A DNA stretch of 61,010 nucleotides, filler included, from Deltaproteobacteria bacterium (GCA_013151235.1; 4 parts of 4 records of this genome joined end to end with filler, not necessarily neighbours in it), one strand, 5' to 3'; shown: positions 40,670 to 50,887, numbered from the whole stretch's first letter. The notes: generated by a model from the sequence alone, not told the origin. Made by a program: numbers and translations.

Positions 40670-42361
40670 TCACATCATCGTATACTTCGGTCCTCCCCCC
40701 CCTTCCGGCGGAACCCAGGTGATAATCCCGTAAGGATCCCGGATATCGCAGGTCTTGCAGTGAACACAGTTGGCAAAGTTGATCCGCAGTTTTTCCTCCC
40801 CACTCTCCTCGTCTGCGACCATCTCGTAAACCCCGGCGGGACAGAATTTCACGCAGGGATTTCCGTATTCTTCCCGGCAGCGGCCGTGGCAGATCGAGGG
40901 ATCCTCAACATGGAGGTGACAGGGCTGATCCTCATCGTGTGTTGTCCCGGAATGATAGACCGAGGTTACCTTGTCAAAGGTCAAAGTCCCGTCGGTAATC
41001 ACCGGCTCCTTCACGGCCCCCTTTTCGTGATAGTCGGCCACTTTTTTCATCTGCTCGCAATCGGCCTTCTCCGATTTCCAGTTTGTCAACCCCTTGCCCC
41101 CCGTCACCATCCCGAAGGCGGCGTTGAGCATCCCGGTGATCCGCCCCCGGTCAAACGCCTGGTGAAAATTCCGGGCCGCCCGGAGATCCTGCCACACATA
41201 ACTTTTCCGGAGACTCTCCTCGTAGCCGGCCAGCACTTCGCGGGAGGCATCCCCCGAAAGCAGCGCCGAGAAGGCCGCCTCCGCCGCCAGCATTCCGGAC
41301 TTCATGGCAAGATGAACTCCCTTGATCCGCCGGCTGTCAAAGAGAGCGCCGTCATCTCCGACCAACAGCCCGCCGTCAAAGGCAAGCTGCGGCACGGAAT
41401 GATAACCACTTATGGAGACTGTCTTGGCACCGTATTCGAGGAGTTTTCCCCCCGAGATCATCTGTTGGATGAAATCATGATCCTTGTAACGCTGGAAAGC
41501 CTCGTGCGTATCGAAGAAGGGATCGGGCGAATTGACCCCGGCCAGCAGTCCGAGGATCAGCCGGCGGTCCGCCATGGGATAAATGAAGCCCCCGCCGTAA
41601 GTGTCCGGGGGGAGCGGATGACCGAGGGTATGAATCACCTCGTCCGAAACCTCATTCCCTTCCGGTAGTTCCCAGACCTCCTTCACCCCCGTCAAGTAAC
41701 CGATGGGGGCCTTTCCCTCCGCCAGACCGAGACGGGGGATCAGGGTCTTGGCCAGATTGCCCCGGGGCCCTTCCCCGAAGATCGTCACACGGGCCACAAG
41801 ATCGATCCCCGGTTCGAAATTTCCTTTGCGATTCCCCTCCTTGTCGATTCCCTTGTCTCCGGTCCGGACACCGATGACCCGATCGCCTTCGTAGAGGACT
41901 TCAATACCGGGAAAACCGGGGAAGATCTCACAGCCCGCTTCCGCGACCAGACTTCCCAGCCAGCGGTTGAAACGGGAAAGGGAAATCACCAGTCCTCCCC
42001 GGTTTTCCAGGGGCGGCGGGATGAAAGGAGAATGGAACTGAGAGACGGAAGTCAGATAATAGAGGGACTCCTTCCGAACCACATGTTCGATGGGGGCCCC
42101 CTGTTCTTCATAATCCGGGACGAGTTCCTTGAGAGCAACGGGGTCCAGAACGGCCCCCGAAAGAGAATGTGCCCCGATTTCCGCCCCCTTCTCCAGGAGA
42201 ACGATCATCGGCTCTTTCAGTGCCTCACCCTTTGCCTCCCCTCTTTCCACAAGGTCATTGTGTTTCGCAATCTTCCGCATCAGGTACAGTGCCCCCGACA
42301 GGCAGGCAGGCCCGCCCCCGACGAAGAGTACATCCACCTCCATTCGTTCCCGGCTCTCCAT
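40670..42361 (-). CDS. Electron transfer flavoprotein-quinone oxidoreductase
   Basis: VGGGPA, GAHSLSGA, IKGVHLAMKSG, HDEDQPCHL, FCPAGVYE, NCVHCKTCDI.DP, EGGGGPKY. Confidence 0.93.
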   Translation of the reverse strand: MESRERMEVDVLFVGGGPACLSGALYLMRKIAKHNDLVERGEAKGEALKEPMIVLLEKGAEIGAHSLSGAVLDPVALKELVPDYEEQGAPIEHVVRKESLYYLTSVSQFHSPFIPPPLENRGGLVISLSRFNRWLGSLVAEAGCEIFPGFPGIEVLYEGDRVIGVRTGDKGIDKEGNRKGNFEPGIDLVARVTIFGEGPRGNLAKTLIPRLGLAEGKAPIGYLTGVKEVWELPEGNEVSDEVIHTLGHPLPPDTYGGGFIYPMADRRLILGLLAGVNSPDPFFDTHEAFQRYKDHDFIQQMISGGKLLEYGAKTVSISGYHSVPQLAFDGGLLVGDDGALFDSRRIKGVHLAMKSGMLAAEAAFSALLSGDASREVLAGYEESLRKSYVWQDLRAARNFHQAFDRGRITGMLNAAFGMVTGGKGLTNWKSEKADCEQMKKVADYHEKGAVKEPVITDGTLTFDKVTSVYHSGTTHDEDQPCHLHVEDPSICHGRCREEYGNPCVKFCPAGVYEMVADEESGEEKLRINFANCVHCKTCDIRDPYGIITWVPPEGGGGPKYTMM

Positions 42362-42672
42362 GGGTCCTCCTCTCCAAAAAGATGAAGGGTAAGTTCTGTC
42401 GGCATTATACCATTTTCATTTCCACTTTCAACCTGAAGTGTTCGAAATATTATCTAATGTTTTACATGCAAAGTATTCCATAACAGTATGTTTTATATAT
42501 GTTTACCATTATATTCAAAACAGGGTTGAAATATTTGCGTTCATACACTATATTTAAATCGTCATTTTGCTGAAAACAATTTTTCGTCTGATCTAAGTGG
42601 TCCTGTTCGTAAATAGTGTGACACACTGAGAGGGTTGCAGGCTCATCCGGAACCGTACAGGAGGAAAGCGCT

Positions 42673-43074
42673 ATGCAGGAGGGGAAAGAAGAGATTCTGC
42701 TTGTCGACGATGAACCTACTTTATTGAAATTAGGAGAACGACTTCTGACGACCCTGGGCTACACGGTCCGAACCGCCGACAACGGGAAAGATGCCTGCCG
42801 GATCTATCGTGAAGGAAGTTCCGAGATCCAACTGGTAATCCTGGACTATCTCATGCCGGGCATGAGCGGAGAGGAAACCTTTTCCGTTCTGAAAGAGATC
42901 AACCCCAGTGTTCGTGTCCTGCTTACCTCGGGACTTGACGGGGAAGGAGAAGTCCGGAAACTGATCGACACAGGAGTTCAGGGATTTATCCCGAAGCCCT
43001 TTATGCTCCAGGATTTCTCCCAAGCCGTACGAAAGGCCCTTGACAAACCGATCGGCGCCACCCCCAAAACGTAA
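42673..43074 (+). CDS. Single-domain response regulator
   Basis: ILLVDDE, LD..MPGM.G, TSG, KPF. Confidence 0.9.
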   Translation: MQEGKEEILLVDDEPTLLKLGERLLTTLGYTVRTADNGKDACRIYREGSSEIQLVILDYLMPGMSGEETFSVLKEINPSVRVLLTSGLDGEGEVRKLIDTGVQGFIPKPFMLQDFSQAVRKALDKPIGATPKT

Positions 43075-43087
43075 AATCCGTTCAAGC

Positions 43088-44902
43088 CTAATCCGCATCA
43101 CGGTATAACGGGATACGCAGGATGCAGACCGCCTGCCCGGATTCATTCCGGATCTCCATCTTACCGTGATTGGCCTGGACGAATCGAAAAATGATATTCA
43201 ACCCCCGACCCTGCACCTCTCCCCGCCGCACTTCTTCAATCTTTTCCTTCGGAACCTCACCCGTATTCCGCACTTCCAGAGCGGCCATAGGCCCGTCAAG
43301 ATAGGTTCGCAGGGCAACCTCCCCCCCCTGATCGGGGACAGCCCGGGAGGCATTGTTCAGCAGATTGTCTAAAATCCGTTCCAGGCCGAAGCGGGAGCAA
43401 AAGACCCGGAGGTCCGGTTCCAGAACCGCCGGACGGACAAGGACATTCCGGCGCCTCGCCTCCCGGAGTGTCTCTTCGTTGATCCGGTACCGGGCAAGAG
43501 CAATCTCGCTCAGATTGACGATCTCTTCCCGGCCTTCAACACTCATGGAAAAGGTCAAATCCTGAAGGCGCGTCGTCTCCCGGACGACAATATCCAGGTA
43601 GGAGGCCAGCTTTTCCCGCAGGGCTTCCGGTTTCGCTCCACTGATCAGTTTCCGTGCCCGGGCGGCAAAGCCGGCGATGGCAATGGCCGGATTCTTGAAA
43701 TCATGGAGCACATCATCAAGGAGTTCCAACCGCGAAGCCTTGAGAATCTCCCGGCCGAAAAAGCTGAGAAGCTCAATCTCCTCTTCCGAAAAGAAGCGCC
43801 GCTGGTCCATAGCATAGAACATCATGATATACCGCACGATCTGATTGACATGAAGCGGAACGAGAAGAATCGAATGGATTTTGTTCCGTTGCACAAACGC
43901 CCGGATTCCCCGGCTCGTCATCAGGCTCCTCGCCGGCTCCTTGATCAACAGGTAGGCCGGATCGACACGCTCACAGTCATACTCTCCTCCGGGAATCGTT
44001 TTGTGAACAACACATTCGAAATAGGGATGGTGACTGACCGTGTAGGTATACCCCAATTCATGGTAGGTCTTCTCCAGCGGATAACCCGCCTCCAGGCGGA
44101 TGTATTGCTGGTCCCTGGAAACGGAGAAGAGGGAACAGCTCTGTACCTGAAGGAATTCACCGATTTCCGGTATGAGCTGGGAAAAAAGATCCCTGAGTTT
44201 GACCCCTTCCCGGTTACTCAACTTCACAAAAATCTTTTCCACGATCTTTTCCTTGCGGGTGTTCAGTTTCTGCAGATCGAGGATCTTCTTCTTGGCCAGC
44301 ACATAGCTGACCCGCCGCGCCAGGAGTTCCGCATGAATCATCAAAAGAGCGCCGAATTGCCGGTTATCCTCTTTGAAATAGATCTGGAGTGAACCCAGAA
44401 TATCTTCGTCACGTCCCATGAATCGCGGGATTCGCAGAGGAACAGCCAACAGGGAACGGTAGCCCTTTCGCTCCACAATCTCCTTGTTCTTGTAATTGGG
44501 GTCCTTGAGAATACTCGGAACGGCGATACTATGATGCTCCTTCACCACACGTCCGGCAATGGAATCGTGAAAAGGGATCGACATCAACCGCTCATCGTCC
44601 GGATACCGGTAAGAACCGAAGCTGGTCATCTTCAGAGTTTCCGGATCAAATAACCGAATCGACGCGGCCTCGGCATCCAGATTGTGGACGATCCGTTCGG
44701 CGGCGATCTCCAGGATCTTCTTCTCCGGAAGCCCCGGATCGATCTTCATGATCTCTTCCGTCTCTTCGATTAACCGGGATAGAACCCCGGAGAGGCAATC
44801 CTCTTCAATGGCCCGGGCAAGTGCCTCCCGGTCGGCATCATTCAACGAAAGCCGCTGAAAAACGGGATGGGTGGAAAAGAAATTTTCCAGACGCCCTTTC
44901 AT
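43088..44902 (-). CDS. Cytoplasmic tandem-GAF sensor histidine kinase with a divergent ATPase domain
   Basis: GAF motifs (SLLAVPL, SILLVPL), H-box HDFKNP, N-box NLLNNA, G2 GRGL. Confidence 0.8.
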   Translation of the reverse strand: MKGRLENFFSTHPVFQRLSLNDADREALARAIEEDCLSGVLSRLIEETEEIMKIDPGLPEKKILEIAAERIVHNLDAEAASIRLFDPETLKMTSFGSYRYPDDERLMSIPFHDSIAGRVVKEHHSIAVPSILKDPNYKNKEIVERKGYRSLLAVPLRIPRFMGRDEDILGSLQIYFKEDNRQFGALLMIHAELLARRVSYVLAKKKILDLQKLNTRKEKIVEKIFVKLSNREGVKLRDLFSQLIPEIGEFLQVQSCSLFSVSRDQQYIRLEAGYPLEKTYHELGYTYTVSHHPYFECVVHKTIPGGEYDCERVDPAYLLIKEPARSLMTSRGIRAFVQRNKIHSILLVPLHVNQIVRYIMMFYAMDQRRFFSEEEIELLSFFGREILKASRLELLDDVLHDFKNPAIAIAGFAARARKLISGAKPEALREKLASYLDIVVRETTRLQDLTFSMSVEGREEIVNLSEIALARYRINEETLREARRRNVLVRPAVLEPDLRVFCSRFGLERILDNLLNNASRAVPDQGGEVALRTYLDGPMAALEVRNTGEVPKEKIEEVRRGEVQGRGLNIIFRFVQANHGKMEIRNESGQAVCILRIPLYRDAD

Positions 44903-46248
44903 TCGCCCTCTTCCTTTCCGGTATTTTTCTCCGCACTCCCCCGGTCCAGGACCGGAATCTGAATCACAAAAGTGCTCCCCCGGCCCTCAACACTCTTCAC
45001 GGAGATAGTGCCGTGATGTTCCTCCACAATCCGGCGACTGACGGAAAGTCCCAGTCCGGTCCCTTCAGCACTCTCTTTCGTGGTAAAGAAAGGATCAAAA
45101 ATCCGGTCGAGGTTTTCCGAAGGAATTCCTGTCCCGGTATCCTGGATCTCGACCCGGACCCACTCCATACCGTCCTTCACGAAGGGTTCGGTAACAACCG
45201 TCAGGGTCCCCTTCCCGTCCATCGCCTGAGCGGCGTTGAGGATAATATTCATCAAGGCCTTTTCCATCTGTCCCCGGTCTCCGAGAACCCTCGGAAGAGC
45301 CGGATCGATCCTGCGGACCACCCGGATCTCTTTCTCTTTCAACTCGTCACGATTCATCGCAATCCCCCGCTCCAGGATCTTTGACAAATTGATCTCCTGC
45401 AACTCCCGGGCCGGGCCGTGGGTAAACATCAGCAGGTCCCGGAGGATCCTCTCCAACCGGGCCGTTTCGTCCACGATGATCTGGACATAACGTCTCTCCC
45501 GGGAATCGGGATCGATCGTATGCAGACATTTCCGGGCGAAGCCGCCGATGGAAACCAGGGGATTCCGAATCTCGTGGGCCACGTCGGAGGTCATCCGGCC
45601 CAGTGCGGAAAGCTTTGCCGTCTCCACCAGTTTCTGCTGGGCCTCTTCAAGGTTTTTCAACGACTCCTCCAGATGATGATTCAAAAGGGAGATCTTTTCC
45701 CGGTCCTTCCGCATCATCCTCGAGAGAAGCCCCGCCGAAATCGAGAGAATGTACAAAAAGAAAATCCGCAGCGCAAAATCCGTCCAGTGCATGGAATATC
45801 CGCTGTCCACATAACTTACGAAATAGATCAGGCCGGAGGCCGTCGAGACGAACAACCCCACGACCAGTCCGTAATAAAAGGAATGAAGGGCAACCAGAAT
45901 ATAAAAGGCGATAAAAAAACTGCTGGCCGCCCCTCCCGTCAGCATGAGGAGAAGAAAGATAAACAGGAGATCAAAAAGCATCCCCACGAGATAAAAAAAA
46001 CGGATTCGTTCCAGATTGAAGAAAATGGTTACATAGAGAACGGAGACATAAAAGGAGTAGAAGAGAAAAACGCTGAAGGCCCGAAGTTTCAGGTCATGGT
46101 TCAGGGGGACAAAATAGAGCCAGCTCAGACCGCCGGCCAACACCACCAGACGAAGCCCCAGGAAGAGATTATCCATGGGACCGAAGGAAGGCGCTGAATC
46201 CTCCTGAAGGAGATGTGGATCGAAAGTGTCCTGCATCAATTCCTCCAT
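44899..46248 (-). CDS. Membrane-bound sensor histidine kinase
   Basis: Multi-TM N-terminus; AHEIRNPL, NIILNA, DTGTG, FDPFFTTK, GTGLGL. Confidence 0.93.
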   Translation of the reverse strand: MEELMQDTFDPHLLQEDSAPSFGPMDNLFLGLRLVVLAGGLSWLYFVPLNHDLKLRAFSVFLFYSFYVSVLYVTIFFNLERIRFFYLVGMLFDLLFIFLLLMLTGGAASSFFIAFYILVALHSFYYGLVVGLFVSTASGLIYFVSYVDSGYSMHWTDFALRIFFLYILSISAGLLSRMMRKDREKISLLNHHLEESLKNLEEAQQKLVETAKLSALGRMTSDVAHEIRNPLVSIGGFARKCLHTIDPDSRERRYVQIIVDETARLERILRDLLMFTHGPARELQEINLSKILERGIAMNRDELKEKEIRVVRRIDPALPRVLGDRGQMEKALMNIILNAAQAMDGKGTLTVVTEPFVKDGMEWVRVEIQDTGTGIPSENLDRIFDPFFTTKESAEGTGLGLSVSRRIVEEHHGTISVKSVEGRGSTFVIQIPVLDRGSAEKNTGKEEGE

Positions 46249-46353
46249 GATGGAAGTTTACTATACCTCGAAACGGTAGGATTGCATAGAAAAAGTTTAG
46301 CAGAAAAGCCGAAATGAAGTCACGAAGATCAACGGAAGGTTTTCCACCGACGC

Positions 46354-47064
46354 CTATCCTCTGCCGATCCGCCTGAATCCGAGAAGGGGAAGGGCTCCGA
46401 TGAGAAAGAGGATCGATCCGGCCAGGGCCACCCGCGCGCCGGGGTCGTCGGCCACCTCACAAACGGCGTAAGGAATGGGGCGGAAGCCGAAAGTCTTCAG
46501 GTAGATCGGGATACCCTTGTAGAAGGCCGGCGCGTTCGGTGCCAACGTCCGGGTCACGCTCCCCTCTTTCGTGATCAACACGACCTCTGCGGAATAGTCC
46601 TTCGGCATGCCGTTGGGATAAGGAACATAATCAATGCGGCTCAACCGCAGTTTCAGATTGAGCCGGGCAACCGAAACGGCATGTCCCTTCGGCAGGACGA
46701 TCCCGCTCTCACGGAATCCGGTGGAAGCGGAGACGAGGTGTGCCAGCAGAATCAGGAGAAAACCGGCATGGGTGATATGGGCGAAAAGTGACGGGCCGAT
46801 CCGGAGGGAACGGACCGTACAGACCAGGGTGTTGAGCGTCAGGATCGCCATCAGGAATATGGCAAGAGGAAGCCATCCGTTCTGCGGAAAGAAGGCCCGG
46901 CCGGACCTTCTCCACCACGCAAAAAGCGGCGCGGCGTTCATTCCCCGGTGCGCCTCGGGAAAGAGAGGCATCAGAACAGCACCGAGCAGGAATACGGCAA
47001 TGAGGAGCGTCAGGACCCAGACCGTCAGTTTCAGTGAGGAGAACCAGCGTAAGAGGAATGGCAT
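46354..47064 (-). CDS. Short ResB/Ccs1-like cytochrome c biogenesis protein
   Basis: FSSLKLT, NTLVCT, H.GFLLIL..H, DPG; next to ccsA. Confidence 0.75.
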   Translation of the reverse strand: MPFLLRWFSSLKLTVWVLTLLIAVFLLGAVLMPLFPEAHRGMNAAPLFAWWRRSGRAFFPQNGWLPLAIFLMAILTLNTLVCTVRSLRIGPSLFAHITHAGFLLILLAHLVSASTGFRESGIVLPKGHAVSVARLNLKLRLSRIDYVPYPNGMPKDYSAEVVLITKEGSVTRTLAPNAPAFYKGIPIYLKTFGFRPIPYAVCEVADDPGARVALAGSILFLIGALPLLGFRRIGRG

Positions 47065-47207
47065 CCATCATCCCTTTCAAAATCTTTCTCTGACAAATTC
47101 CTCCGATCCCCTATTTTCACAAAGGCACAGGCGTAAAGGGGCAAAGGAACATAGGCACAAAGTTCAAAGTCAAAGTCAACAGCAACGGTATTCCCCTCAT
47201 TTCCGTA

Positions 47208-47963
47208 TCAGAAGGAATGGGACGACTTCATAAGCAACCCCACTCCCGCATAAGTGAAAAGCACGACGGCAAATCCGGTCATGGCCAGCACAGCCCGCGT
47301 CGAATCCTTCCACCCTCGAACGATGCGGGCGTGAAGATACAAAGAGTAGTAGAACCAGACGATCGTCGTCCAGAGTTCCTTCGGTGTCCAGAGCCAGTAA
47401 GTCCCCCATGCATAATAGGCCCAGATCCCGCCGGCGATCATCGCCACGGAAAACAAAAGATAGCCCCGGAGATTCGCACGGTATTCGGCTTCGAGGACCT
47501 CCTCCCTGCGACCGGAAAGAAAATAGTCGAGCCCGCCTAAAAATCCGACGGCAAAAAGGGCATAGGAAATGAAGGAGAGCCCCACATGGATTTCGAACCA
47601 GACCGTTCGGAGCACCGGTGGAAGGGGGTACAATTCCCTCGGCGCCAGGAGATCACAGGACAACATCATCGCTGCAAGGATCGTCCCCCCCTGAAGAAAA
47701 GTCATCCGGCGGTATTTCCGGTAGAAAAGTCCGCTGCAAACCGCCGTCGCGAGGGCAAAAAAAGAGAGTGTGTCAAAGACCCCGGCCAAGGGAATCCTGC
47801 CGGCCGAAACGGTTCGGATGGAAATAGCAATCGTATGACAAGAGACGGCGGTGAAAAGTGCAATCCCCTTCATTCGGAAAGAGAGAAAGACCGAGATGAG
47901 ATAACCTGCCAGGGCGGCATAAAAGAAACCGTCAAACCATTGATGTGACAAGGGCATCATCAT
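47208..47963 (-). CDS. ccsA: Cytochrome c biogenesis protein CcsA/ResC (system II)
   Basis: GRIPL, L.PVL...WF.IHV, G.IWA..AWG.YWLWTPKE.W, YLHAR, terminal HSF. Confidence 0.88.
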   Translation of the reverse strand: MMMPLSHQWFDGFFYAALAGYLISVFLSFRMKGIALFTAVSCHTIAISIRTVSAGRIPLAGVFDTLSFFALATAVCSGLFYRKYRRMTFLQGGTILAAMMLSCDLLAPRELYPLPPVLRTVWFEIHVGLSFISYALFAVGFLGGLDYFLSGRREEVLEAEYRANLRGYLLFSVAMIAGGIWAYYAWGTYWLWTPKELWTTIVWFYYSLYLHARIVRGWKDSTRAVLAMTGFAVVLFTYAGVGLLMKSSHSF

Positions 47964-48135
47964 TTTGTCATTGTACATGGATCGGCCTTTTGCCTCAAGG
48001 AAGAAAGTCTCTTTGTTTGACAAAAATCGAAGAGAAGGGCTATATTCTTTGAGACATGAAACCGGAATTTGTGGANNNNNNNNNNNNNNNNNNNNNNNNN
48101 NNNNNNNNNNNNNNNNNNNNNNNNNNNNNNNNNNN

Positions 48136-49162
48136 ACCGACGACACGCTGGAAGGATTGTGTGAGAAATGCAGCGAGCTGCCGAATATCAAGCGAATGAT
48201 CATCAACACGCTCGATCAGATCTACCGGCTTGAGAGGAATGAGTCCGGCGACCTCCGGGTGAACCGCCCCGAATTTCTGGGCCTTTTTTATGAACGAAAG
48301 AACACCGGAACCTTGACCGGGGATCTCTTCCAATCAACACCCGATGGTTTCGGCGCCCTCACGATCGGACTGACCCTGCCGAAAGACGGTTGCAGCAGCC
48401 TTGATCTGGCCCGGATCGACGTCTTTGTTTTCAATTCTCCCCTCACTTCCGATGAAAGCAAAAACTTTCTGCATGATTTTCTCCCCCGGATCCGGGAACA
48501 GATCGGCACAAAGATTGTAAATTGTGTCGGATACCATCTCCACGGAGAAGAGGATGGAATCATTATCGGTCTCAACTATCCGGAAGAGGTCACCCGCTAT
48601 GACGGCGAGGTCATGAAATCCCTGGCCGTAACCGTCGGCTCCCTTTCCACCCTGGCCCGGCAGATCACGGCGATCAAGGAAGGGTTCATCTATCTTATTG
48701 AGTCCCTGGCCCGCGCCTCGGAAGTAAACGACATGGATACGGGAAACCATATCGTCCGGGTCAACACCTTCGCCAAGCATTTGGCACTGGCCATGGGCAA
48801 ACCGGCGGCTTTCTGCAACGAGATCGGCCTGGTCGCCCAGATGCACGATGTAGGGAAAATCCACACGCCCTCGGAGATCCTGCGAAAACCGGGCGAACTG
48901 ACAGCGGATGAACTCCGGGTCATGCAGCAGCATAGCCTTCAGGGAGAGGTGATCCTCGGCACCGCCCCGAAACTCTCCATGGCCCATCATATCGCCGGCG
49001 CCCATCACGAAAATTTCGACGGGACGGGATACCCCCGCGGCCTGAAGGGAGAAGCAATCCCCATTGAGGCGCAGATCGTCAAAATCGCCGATGTCTACGA
49101 TGCCCTCCGGTCGGAACGGCCCTACAAAGAGGCCTTCTCTCACGATCGGTCCATGGAGATAA
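48136..49162 (+). CDS. HD-GYP phosphodiesterase (partial: scaffold gap at 5', contig end at 3')
   Basis: DTGNHIVRV, MHDVGK, HHENFDGTGYP, ADVYDALRSERPYK. Confidence 0.88.
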
Positions 49163-49262
49163 NNNNNNNNNNNNNNNNNNNNNNNNNNNNNNNNNNNNNN
49201 NNNNNNTTAATTAATTAANNNNNNNNNNNNNNNNNNNNNNNNNNNNNNNNNNNNNNNNNNNN
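49163..49262. other. Artificial contig linker
   Basis: N-run/TTAATTAATTAA/N-run. Confidence 0.99.
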
Positions 49263-49269
49263 CAGAAGT

Positions 49270-49899
49270 GTTATGTAAGAAGGAGACTTTACGAAGTTCT
49301 GAAACACCAGACATACTGGCCGTCACCGTCACCTTCTACCTTAGTTATGTAAGAAGGAGACTTTACGAAGTTCTGAAACAATTGGCTTTTGGCAGGGATT
49401 CGCCGGCAGTGCCACCCAAGGTTATGTAAGAAGGAGACTTTACGAAGTTCTGAAACCCCCTGAGCGTCACTGTTTCGCCCACCTTGTGCCGAGTTATGTA
49501 AGAAGGAGACTTTACGAAGTTCTGAAACATTTGTTTGGGAGGATTATATGAGCCCTCAGATCTTTAAAGTTATGTAAGAAGGAGACTTTACGAAGTTCTG
49601 AAACGAAACATTGTTTTGGCGTATTTTTTCGCTATTTTTTCTGTTATGTAAGAAGGAGACTTTACGAAGTTCTGAAACGTTTCAAATTATTGTCAAAAAG
49701 ACAATAGAGCAGGGGAGTTATGTAAGAAGGAGACTTTACGAAGTTCTGAAACACCTTTTTGGCGCAGGTGGTGCTTCAGAAACTTGATGTTATGTAAGAA
49801 GGAGACTTTACGAAGTTCTGAAACGGAAACATAATCCAGTGGTTGGTCATCTCCCCAGCTTTGGTTATGTAAGAAGGAGACTTTACGAAGTTCTGTTCA
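49270..49899 (+). CRISPR. CRISPR array: 9 repeats of 36 bp GTTATGTAAGAAGGAGACTTTACGAAGTTCTGAAAC, 8 complete spacers of 36-41 bp, truncated at contig start
   Basis: Repeats start at 49270, 49344, 49421, 49493, 49569, 49643, 49717, 49789 and 49864; the last ends TTCA instead of AAAC (trailer end); spacers are unique. Confidence 0.98.
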
Positions 49900-50230
49900 G
49901 TATTCTCCGTACAATTTAAAGAAGAAAAATGTCTTAGTGGCTCTTGTTCGTAAGCGCAGTGTTGTGTAGGTGCACAGAACGGCCTCTTTTTGTTTCCATT
50001 CCTGTCGTTCTACATATCACATATAGCAGGTTTTTTATCCCTTTTCCCCCGATAAAACCCTCCACTGTGTGTTTCAATCATCCCTGTTTCGTGTAATTCT
50101 TCTGCGGTGTACGTATCAATGTCCTTTTTCTCATGCAGGCAGGATGGGAACGCAAGGGGAGAGGGCGCCAATTTTTGTAACTGCAGGGCGATTGCGTCAT
50201 GCAGTGCAAACAGTGTAAAGGAGGAGGTCC

Positions 50231-50428
50231 ATGAAAAAGTTTTATCTGTTCGGGTTGATACTGGGATCCGCCGTTATCATGTCCTGCGCTCCTGTGACGG
50301 TTTCGAAGTGCAGAACGGACTACACCTACGACGGCGATAAGGTCCAGAGTGAGTACCGGGAGTGCATTACCCAGACGCCGGAAAAGATGCCGCCGATTCA
50401 CCTGAAGCATCAGGAACTTTATGAATAG
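50231..50428 (+). CDS. Small hypothetical lipoprotein
   Basis: GGAGG ribosome-binding site; MKK-hydrophobic-IMSC lipobox. Confidence 0.65.
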   Translation: MKKFYLFGLILGSAVIMSCAPVTVSKCRTDYTYDGDKVQSEYRECITQTPEKMPPIHLKHQELYE

Positions 50429-50521
50429 TTGGTGGTCTTTCAGGGGAAAGGGGGTGATCCTTTCTGAATCCCCCTTGGTCCCCCTTCAGCGAAGGGGGAG
50501 GTGGTTTAAGGAGAGATTGAT

Positions 50522-50887
50522 ATGAAAAACGTGCTTGTGATCCTGCTGGTCCCATTGTTGTTCTGTGCCTGCGCGACGGCGGGGAAAGAGATCGACCTGA
50601 CCACGGTCCACGACAAAATCAGCGTGAACCAATCGACGAAGGAAGACGTCCGGGCACTCTTTGGAGAGCCCCTTTCGAAGAGTTTTGATGCCGAGAATGA
50701 AAGCGAGATCTGGCACTATGCCTATGTGAAAAAGAATATCACCGGGGCCGGCCTGATCGAGCACACCTTCCGGATCGGATCGGAATGGAAGACGAAGACC
50801 TCGGTCGTTGATTTCTATTTCCGGAAGGGTGTCGTTGTCGACATCAAGAGCGAAAGCTCGCAGACGAAGAAATTCCATCTCCAATAA
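50522..50887 (+). CDS. SmpA/BamE-like lipoprotein
   Basis: Lipobox FCAC; STKEDVRALFGEP, W.YAY pattern. Confidence 0.7.
   Translation: MKNVLVILLVPLLFCACATAGKEIDLTTVHDKISVNQSTKEDVRALFGEPLSKSFDAENESEIWHYAYVKKNITGAGLIEHTFRIGSEWKTKTSVVDFYFRKGVVVDIKSESSQTKKFHLQ

Noticed and set aside
3001-49162. A clustered cyclic-dinucleotide system (GGDEF, riboswitch, DHH, CdaA, HD-GYP)
   Set aside because: These elements lie on three different contigs, several in standard housekeeping contexts.
49284-49297. Similarity of the CRISPR repeat core GACTTTACGA to the dispersed repeat GACTTTTTACGA (reverse of 8384 and 10689)
   Set aside because: Only about 10 nt match, with a 2-nt gap, which is compatible with chance.
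49270-49305. Type III-E (Cas7-11) assignment from the GTTATG start and purine-rich 5' half of the repeat
   Set aside because: The resemblance is from memory and superficial. The TGTCACGG(A/T)AC 3' end I recall for III-E repeats is absent, and no Cas7-11 or CHAT protease gene is in the window.
48136-49899. HD-domain gene beside the CRISPR array as a Cas3/Cas10-related nuclease
   Set aside because: It is a typical HD-GYP phosphodiesterase and is separated from the array by an artificial contig linker.
49900-50230. tracrRNA anti-repeat or CRISPR leader downstream of the array
   Set aside because: No extended complement to the repeat was found by eye, and the adjacent repeat is the degenerate one, which marks this as the trailer side.
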